Part shown: positions 10,044 through 19,239 of the stretch, piece after piece | How positions within the stretch are numbered: position 1 is the first letter of the stretch | Layout of the letters: each line of letters begins with the position of its first letter | Source: Pseudobdellovibrionaceae bacterium | Lineage (GTDB): Bacteria > Bdellovibrionota > Bdellovibrionia > Bdellovibrionales > Bdellovibrionaceae | DNA length: 25,084 nt | NCBI GenBank assembly: GCA_044359815.1 | Contig: JBIKLL010000036.1 | Location: forward strand, 1 to 25,084 | Reading direction: 5' to 3' | Program-made: the position numbers and the translations under genes | Notes under the pieces: model-generated | What the model was told of the DNA's origin: nothing | What the model saw: the letters and a program-made list of their open reading frames with translations, nothing else | The model's database searches: none

Positions 10044-11552
10044 ATGAAAAAACACCCCGTGCGCGTTTATCCATCCAAAGAATCTTTACCCAGGGAAAAC
10101 CAATTGGCTTGGAAGCTTGCAACGCTTGCCACTGACAATGTTGATATTGATCCCAAAGTCACAGACATGGTTATCAATCGCATTATTGACAATGCCTCTG
10201 TGGCCATAGCTTCTGTCAACCGAGGGCCAGTGATGACAGCCAGACTGCAAGCCTTGGCTCACCCAAAACCAAACGGCGCTTTGATATTTGGAATGCCATT
10301 AAATCAAAAATTTTCTTGCGAATGGGTGGCTTGGGCTAATGGCACAGCTGTTCGTGAATTGGATTATCATGATACTTTTTTGGCAGCGGACTATTCGCAC
10401 CCCGGTGACAACATCCCACCCATATTGGCGGTGGCACAGCAAAAAAACAAAAGCGGAATGGATTTATTAAAAGGCCTCGTCACAGGTTATGAAGTTCACG
10501 TAAATTTAGTAAAAGCCATTTGTTTACATAAACATAAAAAAGATCACATTGCGCATTTGTGCCCCGCACAGGCTGCAGGAATCGGAACTTTGTTGGGATT
10601 ATCTACTGAAACAGTTTTTCAAGCCATTCAACAAGCCGTTCACGTATCATTCACAACCAGACAATCTCGTAAGGGTGAAATCTCGTCTTGGAAAGCCTTT
10701 GCACCGGCCCACGCTGGTAAATTAGCGATTGAAGCCGCTGATCGTTGCATGAGGGGCGAAGGAGCTCCCTCACCGATTTATGAAGGCGAAGATTCAGTGA
10801 TTGCATATATGCTGGATGGTAAAGATGGTAAATACGAAGTCCCTCTGCCAGAAAAGGGTGAAGCTAAAAAAGCGATTCTGGAAACTTATACCAAAGAACA
10901 TTCTGCCGAATACCAATCACAGGCTTTGATTGATTTAGCAGCCAGAATGAAAACCAAGATTTCTGATTTTGATAAGATCAAAGAAATTGTGATTCACACC
11001 TCACATCACACTCACTACGTGATCGGTACTGGCGCAGGCGATCCCCAAAAAATGGATCCCAATGCCAGTCGCGAAACCTTAGACCATTCAATCATGTATA
11101 TTTTTGCAGTGGCCCTACAGGATGGAAAATGGCACCACGTTCATTCTTATTCACGCGAACGCGCTACCCGACCCGACACTGTGAAGCTGTGGCACAAAAT
11201 CAAAACCCTAGAAGATCCAAAATGGACTGAGGCCTATCACAATCCTGATCCCAATAAAAAATGTTTCGGCGCTAAGGTTGAAATCATTTTTAACGACGGC
11301 ACTAAGCTGATTGACGAACTGGGTGTGGCCAATGCCCATCCTGCTGGCGCAAAACCATTTGAACGCAAAGACTACATCAGAAAATTTGATGAACTGACGT
11401 TGGAAATTATCGGGCAATCAGAACGCAATCGGTTTTTGGATTTGGTTCAAAACCTGCCAAAACTGTCCAGCGCCCAGGTTCAAGAAATTAATGTGGTCGT
11501 ACCAGAATCACAGATGAAATCACGTGCAGCTGACAACAAAGGAATTTTTTAA
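10044..11552 (+). CDS. prpD: 2-methylcitrate dehydratase (MmgE/PrpD family)
   Basis: [48 protein letters not shown] motifs; adjacent to prpB. Confidence 0.95.
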   Translation: MKKHPVRVYPSKESLPRENQLAWKLATLATDNVDIDPKVTDMVINRIIDNASVAIASVNRGPVMTARLQALAHPKPNGALIFGMPLNQKFSCEWVAWANGTAVRELDYHDTFLAADYSHPGDNIPPILAVAQQKNKSGMDLLKGLVTGYEVHVNLVKAICLHKHKKDHIAHLCPAQAAGIGTLLGLSTETVFQAIQQAVHVSFTTRQSRKGEISSWKAFAPAHAGKLAIEAADRCMRGEGAPSPIYEGEDSVIAYMLDGKDGKYEVPLPEKGEAKKAILETYTKEHSAEYQSQALIDLAARMKTKISDFDKIKEIVIHTSHHTHYVIGTGAGDPQKMDPNASRETLDHSIMYIFAVALQDGKWHHVHSYSRERATRPDTVKLWHKIKTLEDPKWTEAYHNPDPNKKCFGAKVEIIFNDGTKLIDELGVANAHPAGAKPFERKDYIRKFDELTLEIIGQSERNRFLDLVQNLPKLSSAQVQEINVVVPESQMKSRAADNKGIF

Positions 11553-12448
11553 TGTTATTTGCAACTGAAACCGCAGCTGAAAAACGCAAAAGCTTTCGTG
11601 CCCAATTAAAAACAGGAAAGCTTTTGAAATTTCCTGGAGCCTTTTCCCCACTGGTTGCCATGCAACTGGAGAAACTGGGAGCCAACGGGATTTATATTTC
11701 AGGTGCCGTTTTGGCCAACGATTTAGGTTATCCCGATATTGGACTGACAACATTGTCAGAGGTCGCAAACCGTGGCCGCCAAATCGCCAGGGTTACCAAG
11801 CTTCCATCAATCATAGATATTGATACTGGCTTTGGAGAACCCATGAGCGCCGCCAGAACCGTGCAAGAATTAATCGAACTGGGACTGTCAGGTTGCCATC
11901 TAGAGGACCAAGAAAATCCAAAACGCTGTGGTCATTTGGATGGAAAATCCTTGGTTGACTCGAAAGCCATGTGCATGAAGGTTTCGGCGGCCAGCAAGGC
12001 AAAAACCTTGGATCAAAATTTTTTAATTATCGCCAGAACAGACGCCAGAGCCAGCGAAGGCTTGGATAAGGCCATAGAACGGGCAAAGGCTTACGTCGAT
12101 GCCGGCGCTGAGATGATTTTCCCTGAAGCTTTACAAGACGAAAAAGAATTTGAAAAATTCAGAGCTGCTGTGAAAGTCCCACTGCTGGCCAACATGACAG
12201 AGTTTGGAAAATCCAAGCTGCTGAATGCCACTCAGTTAACAAATCTGGGATACAATATGGTTATCTATCCAGTGACTACGTTGCGACTGGCTCTTAAGGC
12301 CGTGGATGCAAACTTTAAAAAGATTTTTGCTGATGGAACACAAGATGGCGTGATTGACCAAATGCTGACTCGCAAAGAGCTTTACGAGATCGTTCAGTAT
12401 GAGAAGTATAATGATTTCGACCAAAACATCTTTAACTTCAAAGTCTGA
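11552..12448 (+). CDS. prpB: 2-methylisocitrate lyase
   Basis: DIDTGFG, EDQENPKRCGHLDGK, IIARTDA, PLLANMTEFGKS motifs; TAATG coupling to prpD. Confidence 0.96.
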   Translation: MLFATETAAEKRKSFRAQLKTGKLLKFPGAFSPLVAMQLEKLGANGIYISGAVLANDLGYPDIGLTTLSEVANRGRQIARVTKLPSIIDIDTGFGEPMSAARTVQELIELGLSGCHLEDQENPKRCGHLDGKSLVDSKAMCMKVSAASKAKTLDQNFLIIARTDARASEGLDKAIERAKAYVDAGAEMIFPEALQDEKEFEKFRAAVKVPLLANMTEFGKSKLLNATQLTNLGYNMVIYPVTTLRLALKAVDANFKKIFADGTQDGVIDQMLTRKELYEIVQYEKYNDFDQNIFNFKV

Positions 12449-12450
12449 CC

Positions 12451-12606
12451 GCGATCAAATTAACAGAATTAGAATTTCAGATTTTTATTTAGAAAGGTTA
12501 CGGCTTCCTGCCTCATCCACTCGGGCCAAGGCCCCCGCCATCCATGGCTCCGCGGAGAACCTTTCTAAATAAAAATCTGAAATTCTAATTCTTCTAAATT
12601 GATCGC
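12451..12606. repeat. Long inverted repeat with a GC-rich structured loop
   Basis: Perfect 35-bp arms 12465-12499 / 12558-12592 plus outer GCGATCAA/TTGATCGC (12451-12458 / 12599-12606). Begins 2 nt after the prpB stop. Confidence 0.92.
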
Positions 12607-12620
12607 TGATAGCTTTTCGC

Positions 12621-12717
12621 GCTAACGGCCGCACTGCGTATCTTTGTGTTGCTTCATCAATTGATGCCGCAACACAAAGATACGCAGTGGCGCGCTCGCT
12701 GCACAAGCCACAAAAAT
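12621..12717 (+). repeat. Palindromic repeat family unit A (core without a full outer arm)
   Basis: GCTAACGGCCGC (12621-12632), hairpin CACTGCGTATCTTTGTGTTGC...GCAACACAAAGATACGCAGTG, GCGCGCTCGC (12690-12699), then TGCACAAGCCACAAAAAT shared with unit B. Confidence 0.9.
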
Positions 12718-12844
12718 ATTAACTAAGGAAATTCTTAAACTCTCAAACCGCTATACGCTGAGACTATGGCTAAATAAAATCAACATGCTTTTTGCAATTT
12801 GATATCAGATTTAATTCCTAAAATTGGTTTTGGCAGAGCAACTT

Positions 12845-12864
12845 CAGATATGTGCGTTGCTCGC
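12845..12864 (+). repeat. Decayed right-half remnant of the repeat family
   Basis: CAGATATGTGCGTTGCTCGC resembles CAGATATGCCATGCGCGCTCGC at 15879-15900; no partner motif found. Confidence 0.4.
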
Positions 12865-12887
12865 TTCCTAAACGCGGACTGCCTAAG

Positions 12888-13098
12888 GCTAAAAAACTTT
12901 GATATTTAAATTTTTACTTTTCGATTCTGCGTTTTTCATTTTTGTGGCTTGTGCAGCGTCGCGCTCTGCGTATCGCTGGAGTGCGGCGCCGCCAGGTGAA
13001 GCACTCCGCGAGACGAAGTGCGGCCGTTAGCGAAAGCCACAAATTTGAAAAATGCAGAATCGAAAAGAAAAAATTTATAAAGTTTAAAGTTTTTTAGC
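12888..13098 (-). repeat. Palindromic repeat family unit B with imperfect outer arms
   Basis: Outer arms GCTAAAAAACTTT...CTTTTCGATTCTGC...TGTGGCTT / AAGCCACA...GCAGAATCGAAAAG...AAAGTTTTTTAGC. Core motif on minus at 13020-13031, variant partner GCGCGACGC at 12956-12964, inner stem GGAGTGC/GCACTCC. Confidence 0.9.
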
Positions 13099-13474
13099 GG
13101 CAGATGATGCGGGTGATGTAGTGCTCAGGTTCTTTGCCTTTGAGCTCGATGATTTCGGAAATCAATCCGCCGTCAGCCATTTTCACGACATTTTGTCTGT
13201 GCCTGTTTACCTGGGTCCCGTACTGCACTAATTCTTTACCCATCATTTTGCAGTAGTCACTGGCCGGAGTGATGTTGCTGGCTAAATCTTGGTGTAATGC
13301 TAGAGGCTTACCACCTACGGTCAGTTTAGGTTCGATAACAGTGATAGATCCATCAAAATTTGCAAATGCCGATTTGTATTGGACATTGTCGTTTATTTTC
13401 AGACACACTTCAGCGGCTTGTGCTGACTGAAAATTTAAACCCAATACCAGAAAAAATAATTTGATAAAATTCAT
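13094..13474 (-). CDS. Small secreted hypothetical protein (126 aa)
   Basis: ATG at 13474 with AAAGGGA SD 6 nt upstream; signal peptide MNFIKLFFLVLGLNFQSAQA; 3 Cys. No family recognised. Confidence 0.75.
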   Translation of the reverse strand: MNFIKLFFLVLGLNFQSAQAAEVCLKINDNVQYKSAFANFDGSITVIEPKLTVGGKPLALHQDLASNITPASDYCKMMGKELVQYGTQVNRHRQNVVKMADGGLISEIIELKGKEPEHYITRIICR

Positions 13475-13788
13475 CACTGATCCCTTTTGAGAGTTGTTGT
13501 TTACAAAAATTCCTGCTGAACAAGTGGGCAGACTTATCAAAATTATGTTTTCTCACGAACCATTAAATTTATTTTCTTGGTTTAACTGAATTCTTTTCAA
13601 ACCAAACATCAAGAGATCGGCAAAATGTTTTTCAAAAAACGAATTTCGAAAACACTTTTAAAAATTAATTCTACAGAGGCAAAACTGCGAACCGAGGATT
13701 TTTTCAGCGAAGTTATTTTTAGTTCCGATTTTAATATTGCGCAGCGTCACTTGCAAGAGTGCGCGCCGAACCCACGTCGCTTAAACGA

Positions 13789-15612
13789 TTATTTAGCCTT
13801 CTGAGAAAGCTCTTCCCAGCGCTGATACAATTTATCAATTTGGCTCTGATGATTTGATATTTCCTGCATGACCTCAGTCAGTTTTCTAGAATCACTGACC
13901 ACCTCAGAGCTTTGGCTTTGATTCACCAGATGCTCTAGCTCTTTTTCAGTTTTTTGAATCACAGCTTCGATGCCATCCAGTTCAGTTTGTTCTTTGAAAC
14001 TGAGTTTTTGTTTTTTAGAAGACTCACTCTTGCTGTCAGAATTTTTTGGATTTTTTTTGTTTTGCTTAAGCTTATCTTGAAAAATCTGCTGTTGATCATG
14101 CCAGTCCTGCCATTGATCAAATCCCACCATGGTATCGATTTGCTTTCCGCCCTGTTCATCGATACCAAAAGCTAAAATCTGATCGGTCACCTGATCCAAA
14201 AAATATCTGTCATGGGTGACCAAAATAATAGCCCCATTAAAATCTTTTAAAACTTCAGCTAGTGTGTCCAATGTCTGCATATCTAAATCATTGGTGGGCT
14301 CATCCAGCACCAATAAGTTTGTTTCTTGCAACATCAATTGGGCCAACAGCAACCGGCTTTGTTCACCGCCAGACAGTTTTCTGACGGGAGCTTCCATTTG
14401 TTCATGTCTAAATAAAAATCGCGCCAAATAGCTTTTGATGTGGACATTCACACCCTGAAAAACCACCGTGTCCCCTACAGGGCAAATGGTTTTTTGCACA
14501 GATAATTCGGGATCCAAGCTGTCCCGATTTTGTTCAAAATAAGTCAGATTCAATCTTTCTGCGTGAAACACAGTGCCCGTATCAGGTTCGACAGTTTTAT
14601 TCAGGATTTTAATCAGGGTTGATTTGCCGCTGCCATTCACACCCATTAACCCAATCCGAGAAGTCCTTGAAATCAACAAATCCATCTGCGGAATAATTAA
14701 ATTTCCATTGTATGATTTTGAAATCCCCTTGGCTTCGATCAGTTTTTTGGGATTTTTTTCAAGAGTTTGAAAATCAATTCTGACAGCCTGATTTCGATTG
14801 CGTTCACTCAGATCATCAACAGTATCAGCCAACCGGTGGGTTTCATTAATTCTGGCTTTTTGTTTTGTCTGCCGGGCCTTAGCTCCCCGCCTGAGCCATT
14901 CAGTTTCCCTACGCAAAGTATTTTTCAGTTTGGTTTCCCTGGTTTCTTGCGCGCTCAGCAAATCCTCTTGCACCGTTAAAAAATGAGCATAATCGCCTTT
15001 TACACTCAGAATTCCATCGCTGTATTTGCGATTAAGCTCAATCACTCTGTTGGCAATTTTTTGAATAAACAATCTGTCGTGGCTGATTGTGATGCTGGCG
15101 AAATTGGCTTCTGAAATCTGTTTTTCCAACCACAGGATGCTTTCAATATCTAAATGATTTGTGGGCTCATCAAACAAAAATAAATCAGGATCCTTCATCA
15201 TTTCACGGGCCAGCGCCACGCGCTTTTTCCATCCGCCTGATAAATTTTTAATCAAAATATCGGGCTCAAACTGATTCAAAGAAAGCTTTGTCATGAGCTC
15301 TTGAGCTTTTGCAGTGGCCTCCCAATCATCAGGATCCGCAGCCCCTTCCATGATCACTTGAAATAAATTTGAGCCTTCCTTAAATTGAGGCACCTGTTCC
15401 AAATACCCAATGCGCAAACCCTTTTGCAAAGCCAATCTGCCCGCATCGGGTTTTTCAATCCCTGCAATGATTTTTAGCAGGGTTGATTTACCGGCTCCGT
15501 TGGGACCGATCAAAGCGATTTTTTCCGACGACTCCACTGAAAAAGTCAGTCCGTCAAACAAGGCCTTGCTTTCAAAAGATTTTGTCAGTTCATGAGCTCC
15601 AAATAAAATCAA
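13789..15612 (-). CDS. ABC-F family ATPase, Uup-like
   Basis: Two NBDs (GPNGAGKST/LSGGWKKR/DEPTNHLD and GVNGSGKST/LSGGEQSR/DEPTNDLD), no TM domain, ETEWLRRGAKAR linker, C-terminal KLSFKEQ coiled coil ending in RWEEL. Probable TTG start at 15612 with AGGGGA SD 8 nt upstream; track start 15693. Confidence 0.92.
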   Translation of the reverse strand: MILFGAHELTKSFESKALFDGLTFSVESSEKIALIGPNGAGKSTLLKIIAGIEKPDAGRLALQKGLRIGYLEQVPQFKEGSNLFQVIMEGAADPDDWEATAKAQELMTKLSLNQFEPDILIKNLSGGWKKRVALAREMMKDPDLFLFDEPTNHLDIESILWLEKQISEANFASITISHDRLFIQKIANRVIELNRKYSDGILSVKGDYAHFLTVQEDLLSAQETRETKLKNTLRRETEWLRRGAKARQTKQKARINETHRLADTVDDLSERNRNQAVRIDFQTLEKNPKKLIEAKGISKSYNGNLIIPQMDLLISRTSRIGLMGVNGSGKSTLIKILNKTVEPDTGTVFHAERLNLTYFEQNRDSLDPELSVQKTICPVGDTVVFQGVNVHIKSYLARFLFRHEQMEAPVRKLSGGEQSRLLLAQLMLQETNLLVLDEPTNDLDMQTLDTLAEVLKDFNGAIILVTHDRYFLDQVTDQILAFGIDEQGGKQIDTMVGFDQWQDWHDQQQIFQDKLKQNKKNPKNSDSKSESSKKQKLSFKEQTELDGIEAVIQKTEKELEHLVNQSQSSEVVSDSRKLTEVMQEISNHQSQIDKLYQRWEELSQKAK

Positions 15613-15711
15613 GCTGATATTCCCCTGGCTGTCGTTGTTAGACCGAAAGTGACTGTTGATCTGCAACATGGCAAGCAAAATGGACTGAATCAAAAAATCA
15701 TTGATTCTGAA

Positions 15712-15967
15712 TTAGTTTCCTGAAGCCAGAACTCATATTTTCAAAAATTCCTTTGCTGTATATCTTTTGAATACTTGCTAACGGCCGCAAGCTCATCTCT
15801 CGTGTTGTGTCATTTAATTTCATTGGGTTTATGATCAATAAATTATCACCAAGCCAATGAAATTAAATGACACAACACCAGATATGCCATGCGCGCTCGC
15901 AAATGTATTCAAAAGATATACAGCAAAGGAATTTTTGAAAATATGAGTTCTGCCTTCAGGAAACTAA
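15712..15967 (+). repeat. Palindromic repeat family unit C (complete, 256 bp)
   Basis: 63-bp outer arms 15712-15774 / 15905-15967 with one mismatch. GCTAACGGCCGC at 15777-15788, perfect 25-bp inner stem 15802-15826 / 15854-15878, CAGATATGC, GCGCGCTCGC at 15891-15900. Confidence 0.95.
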
Positions 15968-15997
15968 CCCCAGATTGATTAGTTGCCTTTAAATTTA

Positions 15998-16099
15998 TGA
16001 CTCAATACGAGAGATGAGCTTGCGGCCGTTAGCAAGTATTCAAAAGGTGTGAAATCATAGAAATATTTTTTAAAATTCAAATTCCCCACAGACAGGTGG
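15998..16099 (-). repeat. Palindromic repeat family half-unit D
   Basis: Core motif on minus at 16022-16033. 16003-16099 is a diverged direct repeat of 24123-24220. Its own partner arm is missing. Confidence 0.88.
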
Positions 16100-16219
16100 T
16101 CTTATACCTACCCAGTAGGGCAGTTGGTGCGCCTCGTAAATGACTTTGTTCGTTCCCTCTAAAGACTAAAAATGTTAACAAATTTCAAAAGTAAAAATTA
16201 ATAAATTCAGGAGATAAAA

Positions 16220-17371
16220 ATGGCAGAATACGTAAACCCCGACTATGTTGCTGAACCCGAAAAAATGAATGTCAAAAAAGGCCTTGAAGGCGCGGTGATC
16301 GACACATCCAGCGTTTCAAAAGTGAATCCTGATACAAATTCATTGATTTACCGTGGCTACCCGGTGCAAGAGCTGGCTGAAAAATGCAGCTTCGAAGAAG
16401 TCGCGTATTTAATGTACAAAGGCGAACTGCCAAATCCCACAGAGTTGAAAGATTTCGAAAAATTAGAACGCAGTTACCGCGACATCACCAAAGATAATTT
16501 GCAAGTGATCAAAACCCTGCCCAAAAAATCACACCCTATGGATTCTATCCGCACAGGGGTCAGTTTTTTAGGCTGCGAAGACGAACGGATCTGGGATGCA
16601 AAACCGGCAACTAATTATGACAAAGCGGTCAGACTGCTGGCAAAAATCCCAACCATGATTGCTGCTGATTTTAGATTTAAAAAGGGACAGGACTTTATTG
16701 CTCCTGATAAAAACCTTTCGATTTCTGAAAACTTTTTTCACATGTGCTTTGGCAAAGTTCCTGACAAACAAATCGTTAAGGCCTTTGATGTGTCATTGGT
16801 TCTGTATGCCGAACACAGCTTTAATGCCTCGACATTTACAACCCGAGTGGTCACCAGCACTGAATCCGATATTTATTCTGCGACAGTGGCAGGCATTGGC
16901 GCCTTGAAAGGCCCACTGCACGGTGGCGCCAACGAACAGGTCATGCACATGATGCTGGAAATTGCAGACCCAGCAAAGGCTGAAAAATGGATGCTGGACG
17001 CCCTGGCAGCCAAACGAAAGGTCATGGGATTTGGTCACCGAGTCTATAAATCAGGTGATTCTAGGGTTCCCACTATGAAAAAATATGCTCAAAAAATGGC
17101 AGACATTACGGGACAGCAAAAGTGGATGCAGATTTACGAAACCCTTGAAAAGGTCATGGTCGACAAGAAAAAAATCTATCCAAATTTGGATTTCCCTGCG
17201 GGCCCAGCGTATTACATGATGGGATTTGAAATTGATTTTTTCACACCGATTTTTGTGATGGCTCGAACCACCGGTTGGTCAGCCCACATTATGGAACAAG
17301 CAGCCAGCAACAGGATTATCAGGCCACTGAGTGAATACATCGGTAAGCCTCAAAGACGGGTTGAAAAGTGA
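16220..17371 (+). CDS. prpC: 2-methylcitrate synthase / citrate synthase
   Basis: KGLEG, LIYRGY, LYAEHSFNASTFT, GPLHGGANE, MGFGHRVY, PNLDF motifs; short type-I size; near prpD/prpB; SD CAGGAG. Confidence 0.88.
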   Translation: MAEYVNPDYVAEPEKMNVKKGLEGAVIDTSSVSKVNPDTNSLIYRGYPVQELAEKCSFEEVAYLMYKGELPNPTELKDFEKLERSYRDITKDNLQVIKTLPKKSHPMDSIRTGVSFLGCEDERIWDAKPATNYDKAVRLLAKIPTMIAADFRFKKGQDFIAPDKNLSISENFFHMCFGKVPDKQIVKAFDVSLVLYAEHSFNASTFTTRVVTSTESDIYSATVAGIGALKGPLHGGANEQVMHMMLEIADPAKAEKWMLDALAAKRKVMGFGHRVYKSGDSRVPTMKKYAQKMADITGQQKWMQIYETLEKVMVDKKKIYPNLDFPAGPAYYMMGFEIDFFTPIFVMARTTGWSAHIMEQAASNRIIRPLSEYIGKPQRRVEK

Positions 17372-18480
17372 TTTTTAAACTTAAAGTAATACTTAAAGCC
17401 GCTCTCAATAGTAAAAGCCCTGCTTTAACAAGATCTCTGATGTGCCTGATTCTGACTGGACTTTTGGCCTCCTGCGGATCAGGCAGCAAAAAGAATCAAA
17501 ACAGCGGCGGCGCCCCTGTGGTCAACGCTGCTTTGAACGAACAGAACGTTCCATTAAAGATTGCCTTTGGTTCCTGCGCACAACCCAGAACAGCACAACC
17601 AATCTGGAAAAAGATTCTGGAACAAAAGCCCGAGGCTTATTTAGCCCTGGGTGATAACACCTACACCAATGACAAAGACGAAAATTATTTGGACACGGCT
17701 TACAAACTGCAATGGCAAGTCCCCGAATGGGTAGAGGTCATCAAAACCGTGCCGGTTTTTGCCACCTGGGATGATAACGATTACGGTTTAAATGATGGGG
17801 GTAAAAACTTTGCCCTTAAGAAGGATTCTCACGATACTTTTTTAAAATATTTTAATTGGTTAAAGCCCAAAATGGCTTCAGAGGATGGAATTTATTATTC
17901 TGTGTCCCTGGGAACACCCGAACAAACTCTGCACTTTATATTTTTAGACACCAGAAGCTTTAGGGATGATCTGGAAATCAACGACAAACCCAAAAGCCCA
18001 TTGGATAAATACAAACCCACCAAGGACATTAAAAAAACTCTGCTGGGCGAGGAACAATGGAAATGGCTTGAAGCCGAAATGGCTAAACCAGCATCCATCA
18101 GAGTGATAGTTTCAAGCATTCAGTTTTTAGCCACCGAACAGGGCTTTGAAAAATGGGCAAACTTTCCGCACGAAAGAAACCGATTGATCCAATTGATTAA
18201 CAAAACATCTCAACCCAGTGTTTTTATTTTATCTGGGGACAGGCATTTTTCAGAAATTGCTGAGCTGAAAACAAAATCAAAAACCATTTCTGAAATCACA
18301 GCCTCGGCAATCAATCGAATAAGCACCATTGAAAACGAACCCAACAGGTTCAGGCTGGGAAAGCTCTATAACAAAGAAAATTTTGGCATGATGGAAATCG
18401 ACTGGAATGAAAGACAGGTTGGCTTTCGCATTCACGACATACACGGAAACACAATCAACCAAGCAAGTTATAAATTTTAA
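17368..18480 (+). CDS. PhoD-like metallophosphatase, probable lipoprotein
   Basis: IAFGSC, LGDNTY, WDDNDY, LDTR, LLGEEQWKWLE, LSGDRH motifs; lipobox LLASC. Start uncertain. Confidence 0.88.
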   Translation: MIFKLKVILKAALNSKSPALTRSLMCLILTGLLASCGSGSKKNQNSGGAPVVNAALNEQNVPLKIAFGSCAQPRTAQPIWKKILEQKPEAYLALGDNTYTNDKDENYLDTAYKLQWQVPEWVEVIKTVPVFATWDDNDYGLNDGGKNFALKKDSHDTFLKYFNWLKPKMASEDGIYYSVSLGTPEQTLHFIFLDTRSFRDDLEINDKPKSPLDKYKPTKDIKKTLLGEEQWKWLEAEMAKPASIRVIVSSIQFLATEQGFEKWANFPHERNRLIQLINKTSQPSVFILSGDRHFSEIAELKTKSKTISEITASAINRISTIENEPNRFRLGKLYNKENFGMMEIDWNERQVGFRIHDIHGNTINQASYKF

Positions 18481-18482
18481 TT

Positions 18483-19208
18483 ATGAATGAACTAATGACA
18501 TCAGAAAACCTATTGGCTTTTGCAACCCTGTTTATGCTGGAGCTGGTATTAGGCATCGACAATATTATTTTTATTTCGATAATTTCCAGCAAACTGCCCG
18601 AGAACCTCAGAAACCGCGCACGAACCGTGGGCCTCAGCTTAGCCGTTATCACCAGAATATTGCTGCTGATGTCGATCAGCTGGGTTATCAGCTTAACCGA
18701 GCCTTTGTTTCATGTGTTCACAAAAGCCATTTCCGGCAGGGACTTGATTCTAATTTTTGGTGGTTTATTTTTAATCGCCAAAAGTACTTTTGAAATCCAT
18801 CACAAACTGGAGGAAGCTGGCTATCCCCAGGAAAAACGTTTTAAGGCCTCAAGCTTTGCCTCGGTCATAGCTCAGATTTTAATTTTGGATATTATTTTTT
18901 CATTGGATTCGGTGATCACAGCTGTGGGAATGGTTGATTCCATTCAGATTATGATTGCGGCTGTGTTGGCCTCGACCGCTGTTATGATTGTAAGCGCCAA
19001 ATCTATTTCAGACTTTGTTGAAAAGCATCCGACACTGAAGATGTTGGCTTTGAGCTTTTTAATTTTAGTGGGCGTAACCCTGTTGGTAGAGGGCATGGGA
19101 CAACATATCAGCAAAGGCTATATCTATTTTGCCATGGCGTTTTCACTGACAGTCGAAGTCCTAAATATCAGGCTTAGGGTGAAATTTAATACCCTTAATA
19201 AATCTTGA
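18483..19208 (+). CDS. TerC-family integral membrane protein
   Basis: LELVLGIDN, DIIFSLDSVITAVG, KHPTLKMLALSFL, KGYIYFAMAFS motifs. Confidence 0.95.
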   Translation: MNELMTSENLLAFATLFMLELVLGIDNIIFISIISSKLPENLRNRARTVGLSLAVITRILLLMSISWVISLTEPLFHVFTKAISGRDLILIFGGLFLIAKSTFEIHHKLEEAGYPQEKRFKASSFASVIAQILILDIIFSLDSVITAVGMVDSIQIMIAAVLASTAVMIVSAKSISDFVEKHPTLKMLALSFLILVGVTLLVEGMGQHISKGYIYFAMAFSLTVEVLNIRLRVKFNTLNKS

Positions 19209-19239
19209 AACGAAGGTCCTTTTATAGTTCGATTGAACT

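Noticed and set aside
12485..12706. 73-aa minus-strand ORF in the track
   Set aside because: It lies entirely within palindromic repeats and has no recognisable SD or protein motif.
13753..13767. Possible minus-strand sigma-54 promoter (GGCGCGCACTCTTGC) for the 13474 gene
   Set aside because: GG-to-GC spacing is 11 nt rather than the required 10.
13789..15612. ABC-F as an antibiotic-resistance (ARE) protein or transporter
   Set aside because: The linker and C-terminal coiled coil fit the housekeeping Uup subfamily, and no permease gene is adjacent.
15712..15967. Classical IS or MITE with target-site duplication
   Set aside because: No transposase ORF and no convincing flanking direct duplication, so mobility is left as a hypothesis and the element is annotated as a repeat.
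18483..19208. Tellurite-resistance island
   Set aside because: A lone TerC-family gene with no other ter genes; stand-alone members are widespread.
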